NCBI GenBank assembly: GCA_050261575.1
Contig: JBLNDL010000039.1
Location: forward strand, 2,136-34,135
DNA from: Sphingomonadaceae bacterium
Lineage (GTDB): Bacteria; Chloroflexota; UBA6077
Reading direction: 5' to 3'
Length of the DNA: 32,000 nucleotides
Below are positions 8,588 through 16,966 of the stretch, piece after piece; the stretch's first letter is position 1, and each line of letters starts with the position of its first letter. The notes under the pieces are model-generated. The model saw nothing but the letters and a program-made list of their open reading frames with translations, was not told the origin of the DNA and did no database searches. Both the position numbers and the translations under genes were made by a program.

Positions 8588-8851
8588 TCAGGTCTCCCAC
8601 TGTGTGTTGTCCTTGCCGTGGGCGCCGGAGAGATCGTGGGTCGGAAGTAGGTTGCCCGGCGCTGTCTCCCCCCGCTTGTAGACTCTCCGCACCCCGCTGC
8701 CGAGGTCGATGTACTCGGTCGTCTCCGGGATTGGCTCCCCCTCCTCCACGACATCCACCCGCGCAAACTCGAACTGCTCTTCCGAGAGGTTATTGCGGAC
8801 CTCGTCTGGAAGTCCGGCGTACCGGAACATCTTGACAGCCACCTGCGGCAC
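8588..8851 (-). CDS. hypothetical acidic protein (87 aa maximum; likely start GTG 8842 or ATG 8830)
   Basis: High-GC3 ORF directly downstream of rpiB on the same strand. GAGGAGG lies 7 nt upstream of GTG 8842. No family recognised. Confidence 0.55.
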   Translation of the reverse strand: MPQVAVKMFRYAGLPDEVRNNLSEEQFEFARVDVVEEGEPIPETTEYIDLGSGVRRVYKRGETAPGNLLPTHDLSGAHGKDNTQWET

Positions 8852-8903
8852 CTCCTCGCGGTCGTGATGGCGGTGCCGGGCGGCAATACGCGTGCCGCGC
8901 GCT

Positions 8904-9374
8904 CTACTCGGACTCTTCGTCGCTCTCTGGATCTCCGCACTCGATGGCCGAGATCTTCTCGATCCTGCGGCAGTGTCGCTCCTCGCCGGTGAACTCGGCA
9001 GCCAGCCAGGTCTTTACGATGTCAAGCGCCGGGCCGACGCCTATCACCCTTTGCCCCAGACAGAGGACGTTGGCATCGTTGTGCTCGCGGCTGGCGTGCG
9101 CGCTGAAGGTATCGTGGCAAAGGGCGGCCCGGACCCCCCTCACCTTGTTGGCGGTGATGTTCATGCCGATGCCGGTGCCACAGATGAGGATGCCCCGATC
9201 GAACTCTCCGGAGGCCACAGCCTCCGCCACCGGACGAGCGACGTCGGGGTAGTCGACGGGCCAAGTGTCCGATCCCCCGAAGTCCTGTACCTTCACAGAC
9301 ATCTCCTTCAGGAGGGCGATGATCTCCTTCTTCAAGCTCAGCCCGGCGTGGTCGCTTCCGATGGCGATTCTCAC
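8904..9374 (-). CDS. rpiB: ribose-5-phosphate isomerase B (RpiB/LacA/LacB family)
   Basis: VRIAIGSDHAG...ILICGTGIGMNITANKVRGVRAA...REHNDANVLCLG is typical RpiB. The GTG start at 9374 overlaps the tsaC stop (GTGA). Confidence 0.9.
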   Translation of the reverse strand: MRIAIGSDHAGLSLKKEIIALLKEMSVKVQDFGGSDTWPVDYPDVARPVAEAVASGEFDRGILICGTGIGMNITANKVRGVRAALCHDTFSAHASREHNDANVLCLGQRVIGVGPALDIVKTWLAAEFTGEERHCRRIEKISAIECGDPESDEESE

Positions 9375-10093
9375 GTGGTGGATCCCCCCTTCTCTGAGGC
9401 TGCTGCCTCTGCTCGCACCCATATCTTACCATCGACCATCAAGGGGCCGAGGACGGAGGCCAGCTCTTCCACGGACACGGCCCCGATGCGGCGGATGGTG
9501 GGAGGACGAGTGGTCAGGTCTACCACCGTGGAATCCGTGCCCCCCGGGCACGTTCCGCCGTCGATGATGAGGGCGATCCTGCTGCCGATCTGCCTGTCCA
9601 CCTCCTGCGCCGTGGTGGGGCTGGGGGCGCCGGACAGGTTTGCGCTGGTGGTGGCCAGCGGGGTGCCGATCTCGGCTATCAGTACCCTGGGGATGGGGTG
9701 ATCGGGAACCCGGATCCCCACCGTGGGGAAGGGAGCCTTGCCCGAGGCGACAATGTCCGGCCGCCAGGGCACCACGACGGTAAGGCCGCCCGGCCAGAAC
9801 CGGCGGGCCAACACGCACAGGTCTGGCGACCGGTAGTCGGTAACGTCGGGGATCTGCTCGGGACCCGATAGGAGCAGGGCGATGGCCTTGTGGCCTGGTC
9901 GCTCCTTGATGGCGAAGAGCTTCTGCACTGCCGCGGGGTCCCAGGTGTACGCCCCGATGCCATAGACCGTGTCGGTGGGGAAGGCTACTACCTCCCCGGA
10001 TCGGATCAGCGAGGCGGCGCGCGCGATCACTTGCCGCTGGGCCTCGGGGTCAGCCGGCCATGGGACGATCTCGGCGCGTGTGTTGTGTGTCAT
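9371..10093 (-). CDS. tsaC: L-threonylcarbamoyladenylate synthase (Sua5/YwlC/TsaC family)
   Basis: YrdC-domain motifs are present: VVAFPTDTVYGIGA, IKERPGHKAIALL, VRVPDHP, TSANLSG, IIDGG. The start ATG 10093 overlaps the prmC stop (ATGA). Confidence 0.88.
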   Translation of the reverse strand: MTHNTRAEIVPWPADPEAQRQVIARAASLIRSGEVVAFPTDTVYGIGAYTWDPAAVQKLFAIKERPGHKAIALLLSGPEQIPDVTDYRSPDLCVLARRFWPGGLTVVVPWRPDIVASGKAPFPTVGIRVPDHPIPRVLIAEIGTPLATTSANLSGAPSPTTAQEVDRQIGSRIALIIDGGTCPGGTDSTVVDLTTRPPTIRRIGAVSVEELASVLGPLMVDGKIWVRAEAAASEKGGSTT

Positions 10094-10983
10094 AGTGTCT
10101 CTATAGATAGGATCCTCTCGAATCCGGCGTAGTCCCTCAGAATCCGTATCGTGGCCCCGGGGTAGAGGGTCCGGCTCACCTCGGTCAATCTCGCCCCCTG
10201 GCCGTCGCCGGTCTCGAACACTAACGCGGCTGGATGCCCCATCACCACAGTCGCCTGCTCCAGGGCGCGCTGGATCACCGCAGTGCCGTCGGGTCCGCCG
10301 TCGAGAGCTTCCACAGGCTCGTAGTCCCGCACGTCGGGCATCAGAGTGCCGATCTCCTCCGTCGGGACGTACGGCAGGTTTGCGACCAGCAGGTCCACCT
10401 CCTCCGTCACTCCGTCCAGCAGATCCCCGAGCCGGAACTCTATCCGATCCGCGACCATGTGGAGTACGGCGTTCCTCCGCGCGACCGCGAGGGCGGCTGG
10501 AGACTTCTCCACAGCCACCAGTCGGAGCCCCGGGCGACGCATCGCCATGACGATGGCGACGGCACCGGAGCCGGTGCCCAACTCCACGGCCAGGATCTGC
10601 CGGCCCTTCACCGCCTGCAGCCGATCCGAGGAGGCGAGGGCATGGTCTACCAGCAACTCGGTCTCGGGTCGGGGGATGAGCACGGAGCAGTCAACCTCGA
10701 ACTCCAGCCCGTAGAACTCCCTTCGGCCGACGATGTAAGCCTCGGGCTCGTGAGCGGCCCGGCGGGCGACGTAGGAGTCGAAAGTGAGTCGTCGATCGGG
10801 GGGAACCGTGGCCTCGGGGTGGGCGATCACCCAGGTGCGCGACACGCAGAGGGTCTCGGCCATGAGGATGCGAGCCTCGTCCTGGGGGGAAGGAATGCCG
10901 GCCCGAGCCAATCGTGCGCTGGCTCGAGCCAGCAACTCGCCCACCGTGTCGCGATCAGCGAGGGTCTTCTCTTCGCCCTCCAA
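10090..10983 (-). CDS. prmC: release factor glutamine N5-methyltransferase (PrmC/HemK)
   Basis: It has the SAM motif AVELGTGSGAVAI and motif IV VANLPYVP (normally NPPY), and sits immediately downstream of prfA. The TTG start at 10983 lies 7 nt after GGAGG. Confidence 0.9.
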   Translation of the reverse strand: MEGEEKTLADRDTVGELLARASARLARAGIPSPQDEARILMAETLCVSRTWVIAHPEATVPPDRRLTFDSYVARRAAHEPEAYIVGRREFYGLEFEVDCSVLIPRPETELLVDHALASSDRLQAVKGRQILAVELGTGSGAVAIVMAMRRPGLRLVAVEKSPAALAVARRNAVLHMVADRIEFRLGDLLDGVTEEVDLLVANLPYVPTEEIGTLMPDVRDYEPVEALDGGPDGTAVIQRALEQATVVMGHPAALVFETGDGQGARLTEVSRTLYPGATIRILRDYAGFERILSIETL

Positions 10984-11037
10984 GGTCTGGCCTCCGATCG
11001 TCCATCGCGCGCTCCAGGTGCAGGAGCCTCGAGGTGG

Positions 11038-12111
11038 TTACGAGACCTCCCCGGCTGCGAGCTGGCCGACACCGGCAGCCACCAGTGCGTCGATGATGTT
11101 GTCGATCTCCCCGGCCAGGATGGCAGGCATGTTGTGTACCGTCAGGCCGATCCTGTGATCGGTCACCCTGTCCTGAGGAAAGTTGTAGGTCCTGATCTTC
11201 TCGGAGCGCTCGCCCATCCCGACCTGGGATCGCCGGGCCTCGCCGATCGCAGCGGCGTGCCTCTCCATTTCCAGCTTGTACAGTCTGGCGCGAAGCACGG
11301 ACATCGCCTTGATCTTGTTCTTGAGCTGCGACTTCTCGTCCTGGCAGGTCACCACCAATCCGGTGGGCAGGTGGGTGATGCGGACGGCGGAGTCGGTGGT
11401 GTTGACGCTCTGTCCCCCGTGGCCGGTCGAACGGTAGACGTCGATCCGGAGGTCGGCCTCGTTGATGTCCACCTCGACCTCGTCGGCCTCGGGCAGCACG
11501 GCCACGGTGGCTGTGGAGGTGTGGATCCTGCCGCCCGACTCGGTCGCCGGCACTCGCTGCACCCGGTGTACCCCGCTCTCGAACTTCAGCCGACTGTAGG
11601 CTCCCTTGCCGATTACCTCGAAGATCACTTCCTTGAAGCCACCGATGCCGGTCTCGTTGGTGTTGAGGACCTCCACCTTCCAGCCCTTCGACTCCGCGTA
11701 GCGAGCGTACATACGGAAGAGGTCTCCGGCGAACAGGGCGGCCTCCTCGCCACCGGTGCCGGCGCGGATCTCCACGATCACGTCCCGCTCGTCGTTGGGG
11801 TCCTTCGGCCGGAGCATCTCCAGCATCTTCTCTTGCAGCCGCTCGCGGCGTTGCTCCAGCCCGTCCAATTCCTCCCTGATGAGCTGCTCCATTTCGTGGT
11901 CCTGCCTGGCTTCCTTCAGCAGCTCGTTGTTCTCCTGGATCTGTCGTTGGAGCAGACAATACTCCCTATAGATGCCGACAGGCTCCTCCAGCTTCGCCTG
12001 CTCGCGGCCGAGCTTCTGCAACTGCGCCGGATCGGAGGCGATTTCCGGCTGAGATAGCATCTCTGCTATCTCGTCGTAACGCTTCTCCATCTCGGCAAAT
12101 CGCTCAAACAA
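11038..12111 (-). CDS. prfA: peptide chain release factor 1
   Basis: It has the GGQ motif (GHGGQSVN), the RF1-type P-A-T tripeptide ([14 protein letters not shown]) and an N-terminus [15 protein letters not shown] like other RF1 proteins. The TTG start at 12111 has its SD (AAGGAG) inside the hisS 3' end. Confidence 0.95.
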   Translation of the reverse strand: MFERFAEMEKRYDEIAEMLSQPEIASDPAQLQKLGREQAKLEEPVGIYREYCLLQRQIQENNELLKEARQDHEMEQLIREELDGLEQRRERLQEKMLEMLRPKDPNDERDVIVEIRAGTGGEEAALFAGDLFRMYARYAESKGWKVEVLNTNETGIGGFKEVIFEVIGKGAYSRLKFESGVHRVQRVPATESGGRIHTSTATVAVLPEADEVEVDINEADLRIDVYRSTGHGGQSVNTTDSAVRITHLPTGLVVTCQDEKSQLKNKIKAMSVLRARLYKLEMERHAAAIGEARRSQVGMGERSEKIRTYNFPQDRVTDHRIGLTVHNMPAILAGEIDNIIDALVAAGVGQLAAGEVS

Positions 12112-12117
12112 CGATCA

Positions 12118-13377
12118 TCACTCCTTTGCCTGCAGGAGCTTCTCCAACACTGTCGACCTGGACTCCTGCCACTGCCTGCTTTCCACCATGTCGCGGACGG
12201 TGACGGTGCCGTCCAGGACTTCCTGCTCTCCCAGAATGAGGGCGAAGCGAGCGCCAGAGTTGTTTGCCTGCTTGAGCTGCGCCTTGAGACTGCGTGGCCC
12301 GAGCGTGGTGACCGTCGCCATTCCCATGCGGCGGGCCTGATCGGCCAACTGGAGGGCTGGAAGCTTCGCGTCGTCGCCCAGGTAGGCGACGTAGAGGAAG
12401 GGTCTGCCCACCTCTGGCACGGGGACCCCCTGCTCCTTCAGGTTCATGATGATCCGCTCGATCCCGGTGGCGAAGCCGATGCCCGGCGTCGGCTTGCCGC
12501 CGAGCTTCTCCATCAGGCCGTCGTACCGCCCCCCACCGCCCAGCGCCGACTGGGCTCCGACGGTGGCCGGCCACACCTCGAAGACCGTCTTGGTGTAGTA
12601 GTCCAATCCTCGCACCAGCCGCGGGTTGAGTATCACCGGCAGACTGAAGCCATCCAGCAGTCGTCGCAACTCATCGAAGTGCTCGCGGCACTCTTCGCAG
12701 AGGTGGTCGACGCTGGCGGGCGCCGTCAGGATGGCCGGTTGGCACTGCTCGTTCTTGCAGTCGAGCAGCCGGAGCGGGTTGAGTTCCAGCCGTCGCTGGC
12801 AGTCGTGGCAGAGCCCCATCTTGTGCGCGGTGAAGAAGCGGACCAACGCCTCCAGGTAGGCCGGCCGGCACTCTGGGCAGCCTATGCTGTTGAGTTGAAG
12901 GGAGAGGTCCCGCAACCCCAGTGCCTCGAAGAAGCGCCACACCAGCAGAATGACCTCCGCATCCACCGTGGGGGCGCCGTCGCCGATGGCCTCGGCGCCA
13001 AACTGGTGGAACTCCCGGAAGCGCCCCGCCTGTGGCCGGTCGTACCGATACATGCTCATGAGGTAGTACATCTTGACAGGCTGGGGCCGGCTGGCCATGC
13101 CGTGCTCCAGGTAGGCTCGCAGCACCGGGGCAGTGCCCTCCGGGCGGAGGGTAAGGCTGTCCTCGCCCTTGTCCTCGAAGGTGTACATCTCCTTGGTGAC
13201 GATGTCGGTGCTTTCGCCGACGCCACGAACGAAGAGAGACGTATCCTCGAAGGTGGGCGTGCGGATCAACCCGAAGCCGAACAGGCCGGCCGTGCGGGTC
13301 GCGGTGCTCTCCACATATCGCCAGTACTTTTCGTCCTCAGGCAGCACGTCCTGGGTGCCGCGCGGCGCCTGGTACAC
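12118..13377 (-). CDS. hisS: histidine--tRNA ligase
   Basis: Class II aaRS HisRS motifs are present (APRGTQDVLP, MYTFEDKG, RYDRPQAGRFREFHQFG, GGGRYDGL) plus a C-terminal anticodon-binding domain. The GTG start at 13377 lies 5 nt after GAGGGA. Confidence 0.95.
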   Translation of the reverse strand: MYQAPRGTQDVLPEDEKYWRYVESTATRTAGLFGFGLIRTPTFEDTSLFVRGVGESTDIVTKEMYTFEDKGEDSLTLRPEGTAPVLRAYLEHGMASRPQPVKMYYLMSMYRYDRPQAGRFREFHQFGAEAIGDGAPTVDAEVILLVWRFFEALGLRDLSLQLNSIGCPECRPAYLEALVRFFTAHKMGLCHDCQRRLELNPLRLLDCKNEQCQPAILTAPASVDHLCEECREHFDELRRLLDGFSLPVILNPRLVRGLDYYTKTVFEVWPATVGAQSALGGGGRYDGLMEKLGGKPTPGIGFATGIERIIMNLKEQGVPVPEVGRPFLYVAYLGDDAKLPALQLADQARRMGMATVTTLGPRSLKAQLKQANNSGARFALILGEQEVLDGTVTVRDMVESRQWQESRSTVLEKLLQAKE

Positions 13378-13452
13378 TGGGATCCCTCACATCACAAAAT
13401 GGCTTGAGTGCCGCAGGACACTCAAGCAGTTGGCTCGCTATTCGCCTCCTAC

Positions 13453-13481
13453 ATTATATCACGGAGCACCGGCGCCATCAG
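13453..13481 (-). promoter_or_regulatory. sigma70-like promoter candidate for the hisS operon
   Basis: The minus strand reads CTGATG-17 nt-TGATATAAT, a perfect -10 with an extended TGn. This leaves a ~70-nt leader containing the hairpin CTTGAGTG/CACTCAAG (13403..13426). Confidence 0.4.
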
Positions 13482-13523
13482 CCCGGTGCTTGCCCCCAGT
13501 CACCCCAAGCCGCAGGCGTAGGG

Positions 13524-13562
13524 CCTCCACGTGGCAGTGCGGGTGCGTCGCCCACGTGGAGG
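13524..13562. repeat. perfect 11-bp inverted repeat containing two CACGTG palindromes
   Basis: CCTCCACGTGG (13524..13534) and CCACGTGGAGG (13552..13562) are separated by 17 nt, in the hisS/tctC divergent intergenic region. Confidence 0.8.
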
Positions 13563-13867
13563 GGCTTCGCCTTGCCCGGCGAGACAGGTGTAGGCTGCGC
13601 GCGCCGAGGGTCGCGCCGGGCCTGGCGCGACGGTTTGGACGGCTCTGAGACAGCCTCGGCTATCAACTGCCTGGTAGTACCGCTCGAGAGTGGACTGTTG
13701 TATGATAGGGGCGTTACTTGACCCTGGATGGCCGTGGTTCCGCAGTCCCGCCCCCCTATGGGGGGGCAATTCGCGCAGCACTGAACCGGATGCGAGGGAG
13801 CACCGGCTCCCCCAGTCTAGACACGGTCGCGGCTGACCAAACAATCCACACTGCTCAAGGAGGAGAC

Positions 13868-14995
13868 ATGAAGCGCATCCTGGTTATCGTGGTGGCCATC
13901 GTTGCTGTCGCGAGCCTGCTGGTGGCCTGTTCGCAGGCGGCCCCAGCGGCATCTCCCACCAAGGCGCCAGAGCCTGCAAAGGCCGCCGAGCCGACCAAAC
14001 CCGCAGCGTCTGCGGCGCAGCCGACGGCGGCTCCGGCCGCACAGCCGACGGCGGCTCCGGCTGCACAGCCCACAGCGGCTCCGGCGACGAAGGCGAGCTG
14101 GAAGCCCAACAGACCCGTCAGCATAATCGTGGCGTGGGCGGCTGGCGGCACTAATGACGTTGCCGCGCGTGTCCTGGGACCTTTCCTCGAGAAGGAGTTG
14201 GGGACCTCGGTCCAGATCGTCAACAAGGCTGGTGCGGGCGGCCAAGTCGGCTTCACCGAGATCGCGCAGTCCAAGCCGGACGGCTATACCCTCGGGCTGA
14301 TGGTGTTGCCTCCAGCGATCAACGTCTACATGAATCCCGACGTGAAGCCGCAGTTCAACCGGGACAGCTTCATCCCGATCTCGGTTTTCGCTCTGGAGCC
14401 GATGATCGTTGGGGTCAAGTCCGACAGCCCCTTTAAGACGGGCAAGGACTTGATCGAGGCGGCCAAGGCGAACCCCGAGAAGATCAAGTTCGCCAGCACC
14501 GGTATATCAGCCACGACCCACATGCAGGTGCTCGGGCTCCAGAAGGCGGCCGGGGTGAAGTTCGCGCGAGTCCAGTTCGACGGTGATAGCCAGGCCGTGA
14601 CGGCCCTGCTGGGAGGCCACGTGGACGTCGCGTCCGTCAGCCCCGCCGGCATGCTGTCCCAGGTCAAGAGCGGCACGATCCGCGTCATCGGCTACTGCAG
14701 CAAAGACCCGCTGAAGTTCTACCCGGACGTCAAGGGCTGGCCTCTCCAGGGCTACGACGTGGACATTCCGGTGTCCCGGGGGATCGTGGTTCCCAAGGGC
14801 ACACCGCAGGAGATCGTCGATACCCTCAAGGTAGCCATGGAGAAGGTTTCCGCCAATGCTGACTTCCAGAAGAAGGCGGAGGAGGCGGGCCTGGTGACCA
14901 AGTACATGAACCAGGCAGACTACATCAAGCATTGGGATCAGATGGACGCGATGGTGAAGCCTCTCCTGCCTGAGCTTCTCTCGACGGCCAAGTAG
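13868..14995 (+). CDS. tripartite tricarboxylate transporter substrate-binding protein (TctC/Bug family), lipoprotein
   Basis: ATG 13868 follows AAGGAGGAG. It has a signal peptide with lipobox LLVAC, an Ala/Pro-rich linker, then a Bug-family body (VAWAAGGTNDVAARV, ASTGISATTH, and so on). No tctA or tctB is adjacent. Confidence 0.88.
   Translation: MKRILVIVVAIVAVASLLVACSQAAPAASPTKAPEPAKAAEPTKPAASAAQPTAAPAAQPTAAPAAQPTAAPATKASWKPNRPVSIIVAWAAGGTNDVAARVLGPFLEKELGTSVQIVNKAGAGGQVGFTEIAQSKPDGYTLGLMVLPPAINVYMNPDVKPQFNRDSFIPISVFALEPMIVGVKSDSPFKTGKDLIEAAKANPEKIKFASTGISATTHMQVLGLQKAAGVKFARVQFDGDSQAVTALLGGHVDVASVSPAGMLSQVKSGTIRVIGYCSKDPLKFYPDVKGWPLQGYDVDIPVSRGIVVPKGTPQEIVDTLKVAMEKVSANADFQKKAEEAGLVTKYMNQADYIKHWDQMDAMVKPLLPELLSTAK
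14015..14086 (+). repeat. three tandem 24-bp repeats inside the TctC linker (encode AAQPTAAP x3)
   Basis: Units at 14015..14038, 14039..14062 and 14063..14086: gcRcagccSacRgcggctccggcN. Confidence 0.9.
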
Positions 14996-15023
14996 CACAG
15001 CCGATCGTCTGGCGTAGCAGAAT

Positions 15024-15061
15024 CGGGGGCGAGGTTTTCCGGTCGGAATGCCTCGCCCCCG
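15024..15061. terminator. GC-rich hairpin between convergent genes (bidirectional terminator-like)
   Basis: CGGGGGCGAGG (15024..15034) and CCTCGCCCCCG (15051..15061) form an 11-bp perfect stem with a 16-nt loop. The flanking T-runs are weak. Confidence 0.5.
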
Positions 15062-15092
15062 AGCGTCTCTGCGGATCACCGATTGGTGAGCG

Positions 15093-15878
15093 CTACTTGA
15101 TGGAGTAGGTAACCCGGACCACCGTGCGCACTTCCTGCGTGCCAGGAGAGATGGGAGTGTCGGCTGCAGGCGCTGCCATGGCGCGAGTTGCCATCTCCAC
15201 TGGAGCGGGCGGTGCCGAGACGCTCTCCTCGATCGCAATCGGCTGACCCAGGGAAACGCCGGCCAGTTTGGCGAGGTGATCGGCCTTGGCCCGAGCGTCC
15301 TTCATCGCTTCCTCGCGGCCCTGAGCGCCGGCGGCGGCGGGGTCGGTCACGCTGAATCTGATCCCATGAAGCCTGGTCGCACCCGAACCCACGACGGCGT
15401 CCAGAAGTCCGCCGACCTTGGAGATGTCGCGGATGGTTACCTGCACCAGGTTGGTGACCCTGTACCCCTTCAGGACGGGGGTGCGGTTGGAGTAGTCGTA
15501 GTCGGGGGAGAGATCGAACCGCACCGTCTGGATGTCCTTGTCCTGTATCCCCTGCTTCTTGAGTTCGGCCATCACCGCGGCCATGCTGGAGGCTGCGTCC
15601 TGCTGAGCCCCCTGGGCGGATTGGTTGGTAACCTCTACCCCCAGTGTGATCTTCGCCATGTCTGGCTTCACGCTGATGGTGCCCTCGCCGGTCACGGTGA
15701 TGCCGCTCGGGTTGACTGCGGCAGCCTGGCCGCCGGCCGCAGCCTGAGGCGAGAATGCCTGCGCGGGGGCCGCTGCCGCGCTTCCTGCTGCCGGAGTCGT
15801 CCAGTTGGCTAGCGCCACGATCCCGGCCGCCACCAGGGTCAACAGGATGGTGGTCAAGACGATTGTCGACTTTCGCAT
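15093..15878 (-). CDS. SIMPL domain-containing (DUF541, YggE-like) secreted/anchored protein
   Basis: It has an N-terminal signal anchor, then GITVTGEGTISVKPDMAKITLGVE...KGYRVTNLVQVTIRD...ATRLHGIRFSV...AMKDARAKADHLAKLAGVSLGQPIAIEE, which is typical of the SIMPL family. Confidence 0.85.
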   Translation of the reverse strand: MRKSTIVLTTILLTLVAAGIVALANWTTPAAGSAAAAPAQAFSPQAAAGGQAAAVNPSGITVTGEGTISVKPDMAKITLGVEVTNQSAQGAQQDAASSMAAVMAELKKQGIQDKDIQTVRFDLSPDYDYSNRTPVLKGYRVTNLVQVTIRDISKVGGLLDAVVGSGATRLHGIRFSVTDPAAAGAQGREEAMKDARAKADHLAKLAGVSLGQPIAIEESVSAPPAPVEMATRAMAAPAADTPISPGTQEVRTVVRVTYSIK

Positions 15879-15985
15879 TCCTCGATTCCTTTCCCGGGAG
15901 GGCTCTCACGACTCTCCCGCGGCCGGCGAACCGGCCCGCCCGTCGGTGGGGCTCCACACCGTGCCGGATGCTCCTCTCCCCTCGC

Positions 15986-16954
15986 TCACCGACCAAGCCT
16001 TCCGTGGCGCCACCACACGACGGCGGTGGCCGTTCCCAAGAGCAGCGCAGCCAGCCCTGCCGCAGCTCTCGCGAGAGCCAGACCCGACGGACCCGGTTCG
16101 GGCTCCGGTTTTGGGGTCCCTTCCCCAACGAGAGTCGTCGGTGGCGGAGCGGGCTCGATCGGCTGGAAACCGAGAGAGCTGGCGCTGCCGTCCCGTTTCG
16201 TCGGCTCCGAGGCGCTCGGCACGGCCGTCACTGCGGTCGCCGTGCCGGGCGCCATGGCTCCTTCGGGCTGGCCGGGAACGTCCGCCTGCCCCGAGTCCCT
16301 AGCCGGTGCACCCGTTCGCTCGGGTGTGCTCGCCGCGGCTCGAGCGGCCATCGGAGCGGCTGCCGCCGGTGCTGTGGTCGCCGCCGCACTAGCGGGGGCC
16401 GGTGTGGACACGGGCGGTGGGGCTGCCTCGGGGGCGGGCTGGGGTGCTTGCACGGGTGCGCTCTCGGCCGACGCCGTCGAGGGCGCGCTGCCAAACAATC
16501 GCGGCTCTCCAGGCTTGGCCATGGTTGCGCCCGCCCGGTCGCTGGCGGGCGCAGCGGCGGCCGGCCCCTGGGGGGGCCGCGAGGCCGCCGGCACCGACAT
16601 AGGGCTGCCCGCCGTCGGGAGCAGAGCGGGGAGAGCCAGCAGCACTACGAACGCCGCCGCCGCTGCCGCCGTCGCCGCCCGCAGCCAGAAGAAGGAGCGG
16701 GGCACGGGCGCCGGACGGGGGGCAGCCTCCAACGTGAAGCTGCGGGGCAGCCTCACCGCTGGAAGGCTCTGGAGCATCTGCTGGGTGAGCTGGAGGGCGC
16801 GCAACTCGTCGCTGCATCTCTCGCACTCCCGCAGGTGGCGCTCCACCTCCGCCGCCGCATCTTGTGTGAGCCGCCGATCCAGGTACTCGGACAGCAGCTC
16901 TTGCACCGCGTCGTGTCCTGTCTTCTTCTTTCGACTCAGGAAGCTCAGCCCCAT
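15986..16954 (-). CDS. zf-HC2 anti-sigma factor, membrane-spanning, Pro/Ala-rich extracytoplasmic part
   Basis: It lies immediately downstream of the ECF sigma gene and carries the H-x3-C-x2-C motif (HLRECERC), a TM segment (FFWLRAATAAAAAAFVVLLALPALL) and a second C-terminal hydrophobic segment. ATG 16954 was chosen; the ORF opens at TTG 16966. Confidence 0.8.
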   Translation of the reverse strand: MGLSFLSRKKKTGHDAVQELLSEYLDRRLTQDAAAEVERHLRECERCSDELRALQLTQQMLQSLPAVRLPRSFTLEAAPRPAPVPRSFFWLRAATAAAAAAFVVLLALPALLPTAGSPMSVPAASRPPQGPAAAAPASDRAGATMAKPGEPRLFGSAPSTASAESAPVQAPQPAPEAAPPPVSTPAPASAAATTAPAAAAPMAARAAASTPERTGAPARDSGQADVPGQPEGAMAPGTATAVTAVPSASEPTKRDGSASSLGFQPIEPAPPPTTLVGEGTPKPEPEPGPSGLALARAAAGLAALLLGTATAVVWWRHGRLGR

Positions 16955-16966
16955 GGTTGCACCCAA

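Noticed and set aside
10234-12057. A 607-aa plus-strand ORF.
   Set aside because: It is antisense to prmC and prfA (GGQ, PAT and SAM motifs lie on the minus strand) and has no recognisable motifs of its own.
13378-13720. A T-box leader for hisS. The plus-strand ctggtagtaccgctcg at 13671..13686 superficially resembles the T-box core GGTGGTACCGCG.
   Set aside because: The motif is on the wrong strand for hisS. The best hisS promoter leaves only a ~70-nt leader, too short for a T-box. I could not build a specifier-loop/antiterminator architecture.
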